Source of the DNA: a virus
Taxonomy: Duplodnaviria > Caudoviricetes
Length of the DNA: 37,092 nt
Virus record (IMG/VR): IMGVR_UViG_3300037458_000301
Location: 1 to 37,092 of that record
Direction: 5' to 3' (one strand)
Both the position numbers and the translations under genes were made by a program. Positions 1-7,887 of the stretch are shown here, piece after piece (position 1 is the stretch's first letter; the number at the start of each line of letters is the position of its first letter). Below the pieces are notes generated by a model. That model was not told the origin of the DNA and searched no databases. It was given only the letters and a program-made list of their open reading frames with translations.

Positions 1-355
1 TTGTGTCTTTCACCTCTTTAGCCACTTCAACAATGTCTTTATTGTCCATGCGGTCAAAGAACTTCACGAAAGCCTTGATTACCGTAAACGAAACCAATCC
101 AATTGCGCCACCAATTGCCATTGACGTATTCACATCATTGGGATTCATGCCCATATAAACCGCCAAAGCACCACCAAAGATGATGGAAATACCCACCGCA
201 CTACCACCCACGATACAAGCCGTTGCCGCACGGCCATAACCATCAATAGCGGGTGTTTTGCGAAGGAATAGAACCAGCAACGACATAAACAAAGCACTCA
301 GGCCATAGTTTAACTTTGCGATGATGAAAGAGATAGTCGTTGATAGCGGTTCCAT
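1..355 (-). CDS. Holin-like membrane protein, 3'-truncated allele of 36308..36676
   Basis: Same frame MEPLSTTISF...; AAGGA RBS; runs off the window edge. Confidence 0.75.
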   Translation of the reverse strand, partial: MEPLSTTISFIIAKLNYGLSALFMSLLVLFLRKTPAIDGYGRAATACIVGGSAVGISIIFGGALAVYMGMNPNDVNTSMAIGGAIGLVSFTVIKAFVKFFDRMDNKDIVEVAKEVKDT

Positions 356-771
356 GTTTTTCCTTTAAGAAAGTAGTTACAAAGTATTACTTTCCCAATT
401 TTACTCACTTACCTCAATTGCACCAATGGCCTTGCCCGTGATTGGGTCACGCTCTAGCACACGGCGCTTGGGTCGTTTCATTTCGTCCACAGCACCAACC
501 AGAACAGCGGCGACTTGGCCCAGATTGTTCACAGCTTCGGCGATACCCGCACCCTGTTGAACAGCGGCTTGAGTGATGGTGTCGGCGATGTTGTCCAGCT
601 TGCCGTTTGAGTCCACGGTGAACTGATTAACGGGCTTGCTCGATGCTTCGGTCTGCATCCGTGCGATTTCCAGCTTTGTCTCGGATTCGATCTGTGCGCG
701 ATAGGCGGCGCGTTGGGTTTCGGCCTCTTGGCGCATCTGTTCCAACTGGATAGCCTGTTGAGCGCGGAATT
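1..771 (+). repeat. Terminal direct repeat, copy 1 (diverged from copy 2)
   Basis: Aligns without gaps to 36322-37092; identical at 1-109 and 645-771; about 51 substitutions in 110-644. Confidence 0.97.
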
Positions 772-2587
772 GCTCCAACTCAGCGGCCATTTGCGACTTC
801 ATCTGCTCCAACTGTTGCGAGGCTTGGAGCTTCATCTGTTCAGCTTGCATATTTGCCTGAATCTTAGCCTGTTCCATCTGTTGCTGTGCCTGTGCTTGCA
901 TCTGCTCGGGGCTTGGGCCTTGAGGCTCTTTCGGGGCGTTCATGCGCTCAATCGTAGCTTCAACAGCGTTTTCCAACTGTCGGCCACCTTTGAACGTCCG
1001 CACCACGAACTGAACAACCTCACCAATCAGCGGGGCCATTTCTGGGGCTTGTTGGGCCATTGGCAGGGCATCACGCATCGTCGCCCCGAAAGCCTGCATA
1101 AATTCTGTACGGCTTTGCTTTTCGGCTTGTTCGTCAAGTTCAACCAAGCTATCAGAGGCCACTTCAATGCGGAACGAGCGCAAAGGCTCAGACTTCATCA
1201 ATTGGATAGCTTGTTCGGCAAACTGAGCATCGTCCGTACCTTCAATGCCCGACATGGCAATCAAGGTCTGAGGGGCGTAGAGGTCGCACATCATCTGCGC
1301 TTTGATTCGCAGCAATTCAGACGCAAACATCGCCACATCCATCTGCATACGCTTCAAACGCATTGAAGCATATTGACCTTTGATCTGTTGGGCCGTGGCA
1401 GTCTCAGAAGCCACGCTAGAGCCACGAATAATGTCAGACAGGCCCGTCACGTCATACACGACTTGCTTGGCTTGCTCACGGGCGTTGTAGCACTGTTGCA
1501 GGGCTTGGATGACCTGATCGAGTGGCATAAAGTCGATGGTTCCCTTGATGCCGCCCTTTTCAGAGAAAGCCGCCCACGAATCCACCGGAATCAACTGATT
1601 GTCAAATCCTTCGGTCATTAGGCGCTTGATGCCCTCTTGAGAGGCATCGTAAACACCCACCACCTTGACGGCTTCAATCAGCAAAGAGATTCGGTTTGTG
1701 AGCTTGTCGATCTCGTCCGCTTGGTCTTGATACAAGGCGTAGTCAGGAACCGGAACCAACTGATCTGTCGTTTGGGTGGCGAACAGAGGTTTAGGCAAAG
1801 GCCAGAAACCGTCAAGACCGTATGGGTCGGGCTTCATGTCCAGAAGTTCATCGGCAGACTCAGCCAGCCAATAAACAGACTTAGAGGTCTTGCACCAGAT
1901 TTCCCAAATCTCAGCCTTTTTGAGCTTGTCGGCCTCCCCTTGAGTAATGCCGTTGGTCTTAACCATGTCGTCAAGACCTTGGGGCACGTGGGTCAGCGGT
2001 ATCTTTTTAAACTTTTCTCCAAATCGGTTGACGCCCTCACTTTCGCCCATATAAACCCGGCGAGCGCACCAAGTCACCTCGTCCCAAGTGCGAACAGGGG
2101 TGCAGCGGAAATCCTCCCAATAGACGTAATCCACGGTGGTCTTTTCCACCATTGCGGGCGGCATACCTGAACCTTCAACCGTTTGAACCTCTTGGGCATC
2201 AAAGCGAACCCATGCCACACCACGGCCCGGCAACAGGCGGTCAGTCACGGCCAGCTTGATAGCATGGTCAAAGTCACCATCGTGGTCGATTTCGTATTGA
2301 AGGGCACGCTCAAGAATGGTCGATGCCGTGCGAGAAACGGGGTCTTTGTCCTTCCAGCGGCGTTCAACTTGAGCGCGGGGGGTTTTGCCATACACGGCGG
2401 GGAGCATGGTCTGTATATTTGACCACAAAATATTGTAGCGTTTGGATGTCTGCGATTGTGTACGCTCATCCCGATAACGCTTGACGATCTTCTTACCCCG
2501 CTTAATCCAAGACTCATCCTCGCGCTTGGCTTGCTTAAGTTCGGTTTTCCAGCGTTGTGCTTCGGAAACGGGGTTGTAGTCCTTCAT
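401..2587 (-). CDS. Portal protein with Gln-rich coiled-coil C-terminus
   Basis: 728 aa directly after terL; YNILWSN, GRGVAWV, TGLSDIIRG...ETATAQ motifs of P22-like podophage portals. Confidence 0.9.
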   Translation of the reverse strand: MKDYNPVSEAQRWKTELKQAKREDESWIKRGKKIVKRYRDERTQSQTSKRYNILWSNIQTMLPAVYGKTPRAQVERRWKDKDPVSRTASTILERALQYEIDHDGDFDHAIKLAVTDRLLPGRGVAWVRFDAQEVQTVEGSGMPPAMVEKTTVDYVYWEDFRCTPVRTWDEVTWCARRVYMGESEGVNRFGEKFKKIPLTHVPQGLDDMVKTNGITQGEADKLKKAEIWEIWCKTSKSVYWLAESADELLDMKPDPYGLDGFWPLPKPLFATQTTDQLVPVPDYALYQDQADEIDKLTNRISLLIEAVKVVGVYDASQEGIKRLMTEGFDNQLIPVDSWAAFSEKGGIKGTIDFMPLDQVIQALQQCYNAREQAKQVVYDVTGLSDIIRGSSVASETATAQQIKGQYASMRLKRMQMDVAMFASELLRIKAQMMCDLYAPQTLIAMSGIEGTDDAQFAEQAIQLMKSEPLRSFRIEVASDSLVELDEQAEKQSRTEFMQAFGATMRDALPMAQQAPEMAPLIGEVVQFVVRTFKGGRQLENAVEATIERMNAPKEPQGPSPEQMQAQAQQQMEQAKIQANMQAEQMKLQASQQLEQMKSQMAAELEQFRAQQAIQLEQMRQEAETQRAAYRAQIESETKLEIARMQTEASSKPVNQFTVDSNGKLDNIADTITQAAVQQGAGIAEAVNNLGQVAAVLVGAVDEMKRPKRRVLERDPITGKAIGAIEVSE

Positions 2588-3927
2588 ATTCGCTCATTCC
2601 TTCGGGGTTTCTCGTTCCACAGGTCATCGAGTGCAACTGTGATTATTTTACCGTTTTGGCCCGAAACTGGGTAAATTTCTTTGTTTTCTTGCGTTTTTGG
2701 CTTATTTTCACGCCAAGCCACGGCCATCATGCGAAAAGCATCGGCGCAGTGAGAGGTGTTGTCATGCCTAGGCTTATCCCGAAAAGCCTTTTTATCCTCG
2801 TCCCATTCCCTTTGGTATTGCTTCAACAGTTCCACCGCCGATTCGCAGTGTTCTTTGTCAAACCATACCCTTGGCATCATCAATCGAGCCGCTTGGATGC
2901 CGTCCTGAATACTCAGGCTAGGGACAATCGCCAGCTTTGAGATGCCCAGATAAGAGGCCAGTTGCTCAATGATTGACTTGCCCCCGCTTGCAAGGGTCTT
3001 GGCCCTAGCGTCATGGGGCAGGTAATGGCGTTCGTACCGATAGCCCTTAGAGGTCACGGCTTCGGCGTAATCATGCACGGCCAGGCCAGAGCCGCTGAAA
3101 TAGTCGATAACGTGAATCTCTGAGTGGGTCACTTGGTAGAAGAAAATGGCTGTGTCGTCGTGATAGCCCAAGTCCCATGCGGTAAACACGGGCAACGAAC
3201 GGTCATATTCCACCTTGGTCAATCGGCCTTGATCTTCCAATACCTTGAGTTCTTTACCGTAGTAAGCCCCGAGAATGGCCGCTTCAAACGAACACTCAAA
3301 TTCCTGCTCATACTGGTCGTCCGTCATGCCTTGGCTGGCATCCTTCAATTCCTCAGCCTTAATCAACCCCGAGGTGCTGGCCTTAATAGACGTGGCAAAC
3401 CAAGAATCAGAGGCGTTGGCGGTTTTCCATATCTCGTAGAAGAAATTGTGGCCTTTGGGCGTACCAATGAACACAGCCCACCCCTCACGGTCTGCCAACA
3501 AGGGTCGGATGATCTCACCCCATACCCGTGGGCGCATATCGGCAACCTCGTCCAAGATCACGCCATCCAAATACAGGCCACGCAAGGCATCGGGGTTATC
3601 AGCACCAAACAGGCGAATCCTTGCCCCGTTAAGCAACTCCACCCACAGTTCAGAGGCGTTGGCGTTTACCCTCACGTCCTCGGTGTATCTCAGCAGGTAA
3701 TCCCAAGCAATAGACTTGGCCTGAGAGTAATAGGGCGCAATGTAGGCATATCGCCCGTTCACCTTGTCATCAACAAAGGCACGGCGAATCAGGTCATTGA
3801 TGCAAGAAACAGTCTTTCCAGCCCTTCGATGTGCCACCAAACAGGCCCACCGTGCGCTTCGATCATGAAAAGGCTTGAAAGCATCCCGTGGCGTGTACGG
3901 GATTGTGATCTCTCTTACTGCTGCCAT
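2584..3927 (-). CDS. terL: Terminase large subunit
   Basis: Walker A HRRAGKT, Walker B GVILDE, coupling motif FIGTPKG, RNase H-like WDLG...HCADAFR. Confidence 0.96.
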   Translation of the reverse strand: MAAVREITIPYTPRDAFKPFHDRSARWACLVAHRRAGKTVSCINDLIRRAFVDDKVNGRYAYIAPYYSQAKSIAWDYLLRYTEDVRVNANASELWVELLNGARIRLFGADNPDALRGLYLDGVILDEVADMRPRVWGEIIRPLLADREGWAVFIGTPKGHNFFYEIWKTANASDSWFATSIKASTSGLIKAEELKDASQGMTDDQYEQEFECSFEAAILGAYYGKELKVLEDQGRLTKVEYDRSLPVFTAWDLGYHDDTAIFFYQVTHSEIHVIDYFSGSGLAVHDYAEAVTSKGYRYERHYLPHDARAKTLASGGKSIIEQLASYLGISKLAIVPSLSIQDGIQAARLMMPRVWFDKEHCESAVELLKQYQREWDEDKKAFRDKPRHDNTSHCADAFRMMAVAWRENKPKTQENKEIYPVSGQNGKIITVALDDLWNEKPRRNERI

Positions 3928-4241
3928 TTAATGACGGTTTGCAATGGCTTTTCCTCATCACCCACAATCTCAGCCCGTGACAGCTTAGGCGCAGCGAACT
4001 CTGCCAGCTTTGCCAACAGGTCTAACGCTTTGTCGGGGGCAGGGTCTTTGCCATGCGAACCAGTAGCCACTTGCTCAAGCCACACAGCCACGTTTTCGCT
4101 GTTACCCTCTAGCAGGGCAGTCACCGTCTGTCTGAAGGTCGTGGTGGCCTTATTAGGTATGCCCTTGGGCCTTCCGGGGCCAGCACCTAAAGCAGCAGCG
4201 CCGGATGGTTTCCTTTTCGTTTCTTTTACCAACATTCTCAT
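3915..4241 (-). CDS. Putative terminase small subunit
   Basis: Immediately upstream of terL; GRPKGIPNK motif. Confidence 0.6.
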   Translation of the reverse strand: MRMLVKETKRKPSGAAALGAGPGRPKGIPNKATTTFRQTVTALLEGNSENVAVWLEQVATGSHGKDPAPDKALDLLAKLAEFAAPKLSRAEIVGDEEKPLQTVIKWQQ

Positions 4242-4294
4242 ATCCTCGGGTTAGCCTAAGATGTGCGAATTATATTAGGTTTTGTTATTTGGGG

Positions 4295-4687
4295 TCATTT
4301 GATTACTCGGTATCCAATGACCTTTGGATCAAAGCAAAAGTGAGACCACTCAACATGACCTGCAAACCGTATGTGTTTGCTTTGGTCAGACAACAACACC
4401 TCAACCTTGACATTGTTAGCTACCGGCGAGCATCCACCCGTCCAAGGAATAAACCCGTGGATGGTCTTGGATTCATCCTTGACCTGCGTCTCCAACTCAA
4501 TGAGCTTTTCAATGTAGTGCTTGGCCTTCCTCAAGTCATCTACTCCGCCTTTGTCTTTCCAGCGGGAAATGTAGCGAACCACGTTACCCTCGAAATATCC
4601 AAGGTTGTTGGCGGCTATATAGTCCCACGGCTGAACAGTCTTGTCTTTGTAGTGGTTGCCGCTGATTTGTGTGTCGTTTGCGCTCAT
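4295..4687 (-). CDS. DUF3310 (SaV-like) protein
   Basis: GNHY...QPWDYI...GNVVRYISRW..KGGVDDLRKAKHY signature. Confidence 0.88.
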   Translation of the reverse strand: MSANDTQISGNHYKDKTVQPWDYIAANNLGYFEGNVVRYISRWKDKGGVDDLRKAKHYIEKLIELETQVKDESKTIHGFIPWTGGCSPVANNVKVEVLLSDQSKHIRFAGHVEWSHFCFDPKVIGYRVIK

Positions 4688-4929
4688 TTTGCCTCCCTTG
4701 CTTTAATCATTGCATCCGCCACGATGTAGCAGTCTCTGGCAATGACTTCTGGGATTTCTTCATCTTGAGCAATGTCTCCACTGTTTAGCCAATCAGTGAT
4801 GACTGCTGGCATCGCCTTGGCCGCGAAGTAATCGCGCAGGGTCATGCCATTGTGGTTGACGTAGGTAGCAGTTTGCATATCCATTGCGCCACTCGGAAAC
4901 GCTGGCCCACCTGTTTTAATCTCGCTCAT
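4684..4929 (-). CDS. Conserved small phage protein (GGPAFP...GMTLRDYFAAKAM family)
   Basis: Recognisable motif; AAGGAG RBS before ATG 4929 (start shortened relative to the ORF track). Confidence 0.85.
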   Translation of the reverse strand: MSEIKTGGPAFPSGAMDMQTATYVNHNGMTLRDYFAAKAMPAVITDWLNSGDIAQDEEIPEVIARDCYIVADAMIKAREAK

Positions 4930-4952
4930 TTTCTCTCCTTTGGTTATAGGTT

Positions 4953-5215
4953 GACGGCCCGATAAAGCACGGTTGGCTGTTTGTCCACCTGCCCCGTAGG
5001 GCGGTTGAGGTTGCAAGGTCGCTAACACCTTACCCGTCATGGTGGTGGACTTCCTAGACACGATTTCAAGTCGTGGCGCTTCAGGCTTGTCGAAATCCAC
5101 CCTCATGATGGTGCTGGCCTTTTACATCGCCAGCGCGGATGAATGGCAACCGAGTATCCCCAGTCCTACGCCGACCTTCATGGCTGTGAGCCATGCGTCA
5201 ACACGCTTAACCATT
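4953..5215 (-). ncRNA. Structured RNA cluster of tandem tRNA-sized domains
   Basis: Several closed multi-hairpin domains, a C(UACG)G tetraloop, two stems followed by ACCA; begins 7 nt after a -10 box. Confidence 0.6.
5040..5101 (-). tRNA. Atypical or pseudo tRNA-Ser(UGA)-like unit lacking T and variable arms
   Basis: GGTGGATTTC/GAAGTCCACC acceptor-like stem followed by ACCA; CACGA-CTTGAAA-TCGTG anticodon arm. Confidence 0.5.
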
Positions 5216-5221
5216 GCCTAA

Positions 5222-5251
5222 AGTATAACAAAGTTTTGCGCTCTTGTGCAA
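5222..5251 (-). promoter_or_regulatory. Sigma70-like leftward promoter (late-promoter position)
   Basis: TTGCAC-N18-TATACT with extended TG, just downstream of ninG. Confidence 0.7.
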
Positions 5252-5253
5252 AA

Positions 5254-5805
5254 TTATTGCCCTTTTTTTAGCTCTCTCAGCTTCGCCCGATAAGTCGCGG
5301 CCAAGTCCCTCAGTTCGTCATGGGTGTATTTCTGGCCCTCGTGCGGCCCTTCCAACCAGTCCACTTTGTCTTGACCAATGCGCCTGATTAGCTCTTGCCT
5401 GAAATTTATGAGGTTGCCATGCAGGTGCGTGTTGCAGGCAGAGCATTGCTTCCACACGTTCAGCGGCTCAAACCTCAGTTCAGGCCGTGCGCCCGTGGAT
5501 AGGTAGTGCCCTGCATGGTATTGGCCTGTGTGGTGGCGTCCGCATGAAACACATGGCAGGTCAGCATCCCTCTCACGAATCCAAGCGTTGAAGGCAATCT
5601 GCGCCAGTTTCAGCAACTCAGGCTTGGTTTTCATCGCGTCCAGCTTTCCCCGCACCGCTTTCTTGTCCTGGCGATCTTTTTCCTTGATCGTCTTTTGTGT
5701 CTTTTCCCTTGCTACTTTTAGGCTGCATGGGATGGAACAGACAGATTGAAGTGGGCGGGTCTTGACGTAGAGAGTGCTACACGCCTTGCATTTGTGGAGC
5801 TTCAT
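5254..5805 (-). CDS. ninG: NinG/Rap-like recombination endonuclease
   Basis: CKAC...VCSIPC, AFNAWIRERD..PCVSCG, AGHY, ELRF, QCSACN; ATGA overlap with upstream gene. Confidence 0.92.
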   Translation of the reverse strand: MKLHKCKACSTLYVKTRPLQSVCSIPCSLKVAREKTQKTIKEKDRQDKKAVRGKLDAMKTKPELLKLAQIAFNAWIRERDADLPCVSCGRHHTGQYHAGHYLSTGARPELRFEPLNVWKQCSACNTHLHGNLINFRQELIRRIGQDKVDWLEGPHEGQKYTHDELRDLAATYRAKLRELKKGQ

Positions 5806-5999
5806 TCTTCGTAAAGCCTTCCCATCCAAGGCTGAAAAGGCCAAGCCTTTGCGTTAATGTGCTTTGTAAAGTCTGCGGTTTTTGCCTGTTCCTCTTGCTG
5901 GATAGCCGCCCTCAAATCATCGGCGATCTTTGTCTCATAGGTGAAATGCCCGTTTTCTAGGTATGCGAGGGTTTGCTTCATCACATCAATCGTGTTCAT
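5802..5999 (-). CDS. Hypothetical protein
   Basis: ATGA-coupled between ninB and ninG. Confidence 0.7.
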   Translation of the reverse strand: MNTIDVMKQTLAYLENGHFTYETKIADDLRAAIQQEEQAKTADFTKHINAKAWPFQPWMGRLYEE

Positions 6000-6370
6000 C
6001 TTTCATCCTTAAAATTCACGCCACGTTCAGCCGCAAAAGCCTCCATCAAGGTAAGCAAATCGGCCATTTCTGCCTTGGTCATCTTGCTGGTCGATTGACC
6101 TAAGACCACAAACCCACCATCAATCCCACGAACCGCCTTTTGTTTTTTCAGGCTTGCACTGAATACGTGCTTCCAATCCTCAGAGGTTAGCTTTTCGCCG
6201 TACCAATCCACTTGCTTTGATACTTCTTCAAGCCTTGACCACAAAAGTGCGTTTTGCTCGATTGAACGGGTTTTTTCCTTAACCTGCACCATCCACCCAT
6301 CCGGTGCGTTTTTAACGGCTTCCAGAGCGTTTAAACGGGCTTGGTGGTGGACTAGGAAAAAGGTTTTCAC
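5996..6370 (-). CDS. ninB: NinB/Orf recombination protein
   Basis: RSIEQNALLW...WKHVF...GQSTSKM motifs; GTG start overlapping the upstream stop. Confidence 0.92.
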   Translation of the reverse strand: MKTFFLVHHQARLNALEAVKNAPDGWMVQVKEKTRSIEQNALLWSRLEEVSKQVDWYGEKLTSEDWKHVFSASLKKQKAVRGIDGGFVVLGQSTSKMTKAEMADLLTLMEAFAAERGVNFKDER

Positions 6371-6606
6371 TTGTTTCCTCTTGCTCGAATGGCGGCGGCG
6401 TAATCTTTTGAGTGCCAATCCCACTGATCTGGCCCTTCATCAGATTCTTCGTCTTTTTGCTCGCACACCTTTGCACACGCCTCTCGTTCCTTTTCGGCTA
6501 CCAAAGCGGCAAATTTTTGCAATTGGTCAACATCGGCGGCCCAAAATCCAATTTTGTCGCGCATCAATGTTTCTTTTGCCATGCTCAAAACTTCATCTTT
6601 AGTCAT
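6367..6606 (-). CDS. Hypothetical protein (EREACAKVCE family), paralog of 15647..15859
   Basis: ATGA overlap; shared motif with the paralog. Confidence 0.75.
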   Translation of the reverse strand: MTKDEVLSMAKETLMRDKIGFWAADVDQLQKFAALVAEKEREACAKVCEQKDEESDEGPDQWDWHSKDYAAAIRARGNK

Positions 6607-6806
6607 TTCATCCCCTTCGGCGCTTGCCCAAAATACCTGTGATACGACTTCCCAAACACCTTCGTTTTCGTGATCGTCCATCCCCTGTCTTTCAGTTCGC
6701 TCATCCGCTTATGTGGGCAGACTGTCCGAGCCTCCATGATTATTTCAAAAGCTGTTACGCCTTTTTTGCGCTTGAGTAATCGCTCGACTGTTGCAATTTG
6801 GTTCAT
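6603..6806 (-). CDS. Small winged-HTH protein
   Basis: GVTAFE...RMSELKDRGWTI pattern. Confidence 0.65.
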   Translation of the reverse strand: MNQIATVERLLKRKKGVTAFEIIMEARTVCPHKRMSELKDRGWTITKTKVFGKSYHRYFGQAPKGMK

Positions 6807-7135
6807 GGTTGGCCTTTCGTGATGCCGCCAAAGATCGGTGAAAAATCTGTGTATTCAGGGTAGTGCTTAAACACTGTGCGTTCCTGCACAGGTGCTGGCC
6901 CGTGCATTGCTTCCCATGTGGCCTTGTAAAGCTCTGGGTGCAGGGTTGCCGCCGGGTCTGGAGCCATTTCAATGCTGACTTGCACGGGCGCTTCAAGGGC
7001 TTGCTTGATGGCGGCGATCTGCTCTTTGATTTCATCTAAACGCCAACTCGGTATATCTCGCCAGCAGTTTTTAACCACGCCTTCCAACGCCTCTAGCGCC
7101 AGCTTCAATGCTTCATCTTTTGTAATTTGGTTCAT
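6803..7135 (-). CDS. Hypothetical modular protein (ALKLALEALE...APVQE linkers)
   Basis: GAGGT RBS; ATGA coupling downstream. Confidence 0.75.
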   Translation of the reverse strand: MNQITKDEALKLALEALEGVVKNCWRDIPSWRLDEIKEQIAAIKQALEAPVQVSIEMAPDPAATLHPELYKATWEAMHGPAPVQERTVFKHYPEYTDFSPIFGGITKGQP

Positions 7136-7143
7136 GTCTCACC

Positions 7144-7269
7144 TCAAAAAGGAGCCGCTGGCATCTTTGCCAACTGGGATTGGTTGTATTCCTTCACTTG
7201 TTTTGCTGTCCAAGGTGTTGGCTTGGTTGCAGGGTAAGTGACTGGAAAGGGCCATGTGGGGGTTTTCAT
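7144..7269 (-). CDS. 41-aa hypothetical protein MKTPTWPFP...MPAAPF (not in ORF track)
   Basis: ATGA overlap with the upstream stop; fills the gap exactly. Confidence 0.65.
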   Translation of the reverse strand: MKTPTWPFPVTYPATKPTPWTAKQVKEYNQSQLAKMPAAPF

Positions 7270-7655
7270 TTCAGCAACCCCGCGATTCCTTGCAACAAGT
7301 AAAGTTTGGGAGCAAACCAAACCAACAAAAAGGGGTGAAGCTGTGCAATTGAGGTAATGCCAAAGACAAAAACCCCAAAACCACCCATGACCCCACCAAC
7401 AATGGCGGCGTATTCTTGTTGATAGCTAGTGCTATCATCCATCATCTTTTTAACTGCCCAAACCGTGAGCCACACAGACAGAGCAAAAACAATGACAGAG
7501 ACAACCAGCGCCGCCGTCTCCCACACCATGCCAAACATGATGTATTGCTGTGCCACATCGGGCAGTTGCTCCACGGCAAAGTCTTTGGCTTGACTAACCC
7601 CATCGGCAATGCCGCCAAGAACTTCGGCCAGTTTGGATTGCAATTCGTCGTTCAT
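7266..7655 (-). CDS. Membrane protein (2-3 TM)
   Basis: AGGAG RBS, own promoter, hydrophobic segments. Confidence 0.8.
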   Translation of the reverse strand: MNDELQSKLAEVLGGIADGVSQAKDFAVEQLPDVAQQYIMFGMVWETAALVVSVIVFALSVWLTVWAVKKMMDDSTSYQQEYAAIVGGVMGGFGVFVFGITSIAQLHPFLLVWFAPKLYLLQGIAGLLK

Positions 7656-7659
7656 AAAA

Positions 7660-7710
7660 TCTCCTGTTGTTGATGCCTCGATTATATACAAATTTATTTT
7701 GTATCGTCAA
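7660..7710 (-). promoter_or_regulatory. Repeated promoter/operator/RBS module, copy A
   Basis: TTGACG-N18-TATAAT; palindrome TACAAAATAAATTTGTA; leader GAGGCATCAACAACAGGAGA. Confidence 0.8.
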
Positions 7711-7876
7711 TCTTTTTCTGTTGCATCCTAGCCACTAACTCACCCACCAAGCCCGCATAAAGACCACTTGGATGCGCCTCTAGCTCTTTTGCCCGAGCGT
7801 AGGCGTAAACCTTCCAACCTTCGTGTTGGCAGAGTTTTAAAAGCTGGTTTAGTTGCTTTTCGTATTCACCGGGCAT
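7694..7876 (-). CDS. Hypothetical protein
   Basis: Follows the helicase; start could be 7891. Confidence 0.6.
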   Translation of the reverse strand: MPGEYEKQLNQLLKLCQHEGWKVYAYARAKELEAHPSGLYAGLVGELVARMQQKKIDDTK

Positions 7877-7887
7877 AAGTCGCCCCG

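Noticed and set aside
110-644. Diverged repeat pair as a diversity-generating retroelement TR/VR
   Set aside because: Mismatches are not adenine-specific (C/G, C/T and A/G all occur), are mostly synonymous, and no reverse transcriptase is present
713-1366. 217-aa Leu/His-rich plus-strand ORF
   Set aside because: Antisense shadow of the Gln-rich portal coiled coil
3124-4254. 376-aa plus-strand ORF
   Set aside because: Antisense to terL/terS; no RBS or recognisable motifs
4930-5106. N-terminal extension of ORF 4684..5106
   Set aside because: A strong AAGGAG RBS precedes ATG 4929 and the family motif starts there; the upstream region is better explained as structured RNA
7139-7255. 38-aa ORF MALSSHLPC...
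   Set aside because: The overlapping frame 7144..7269 has ATGA coupling and is the better candidate
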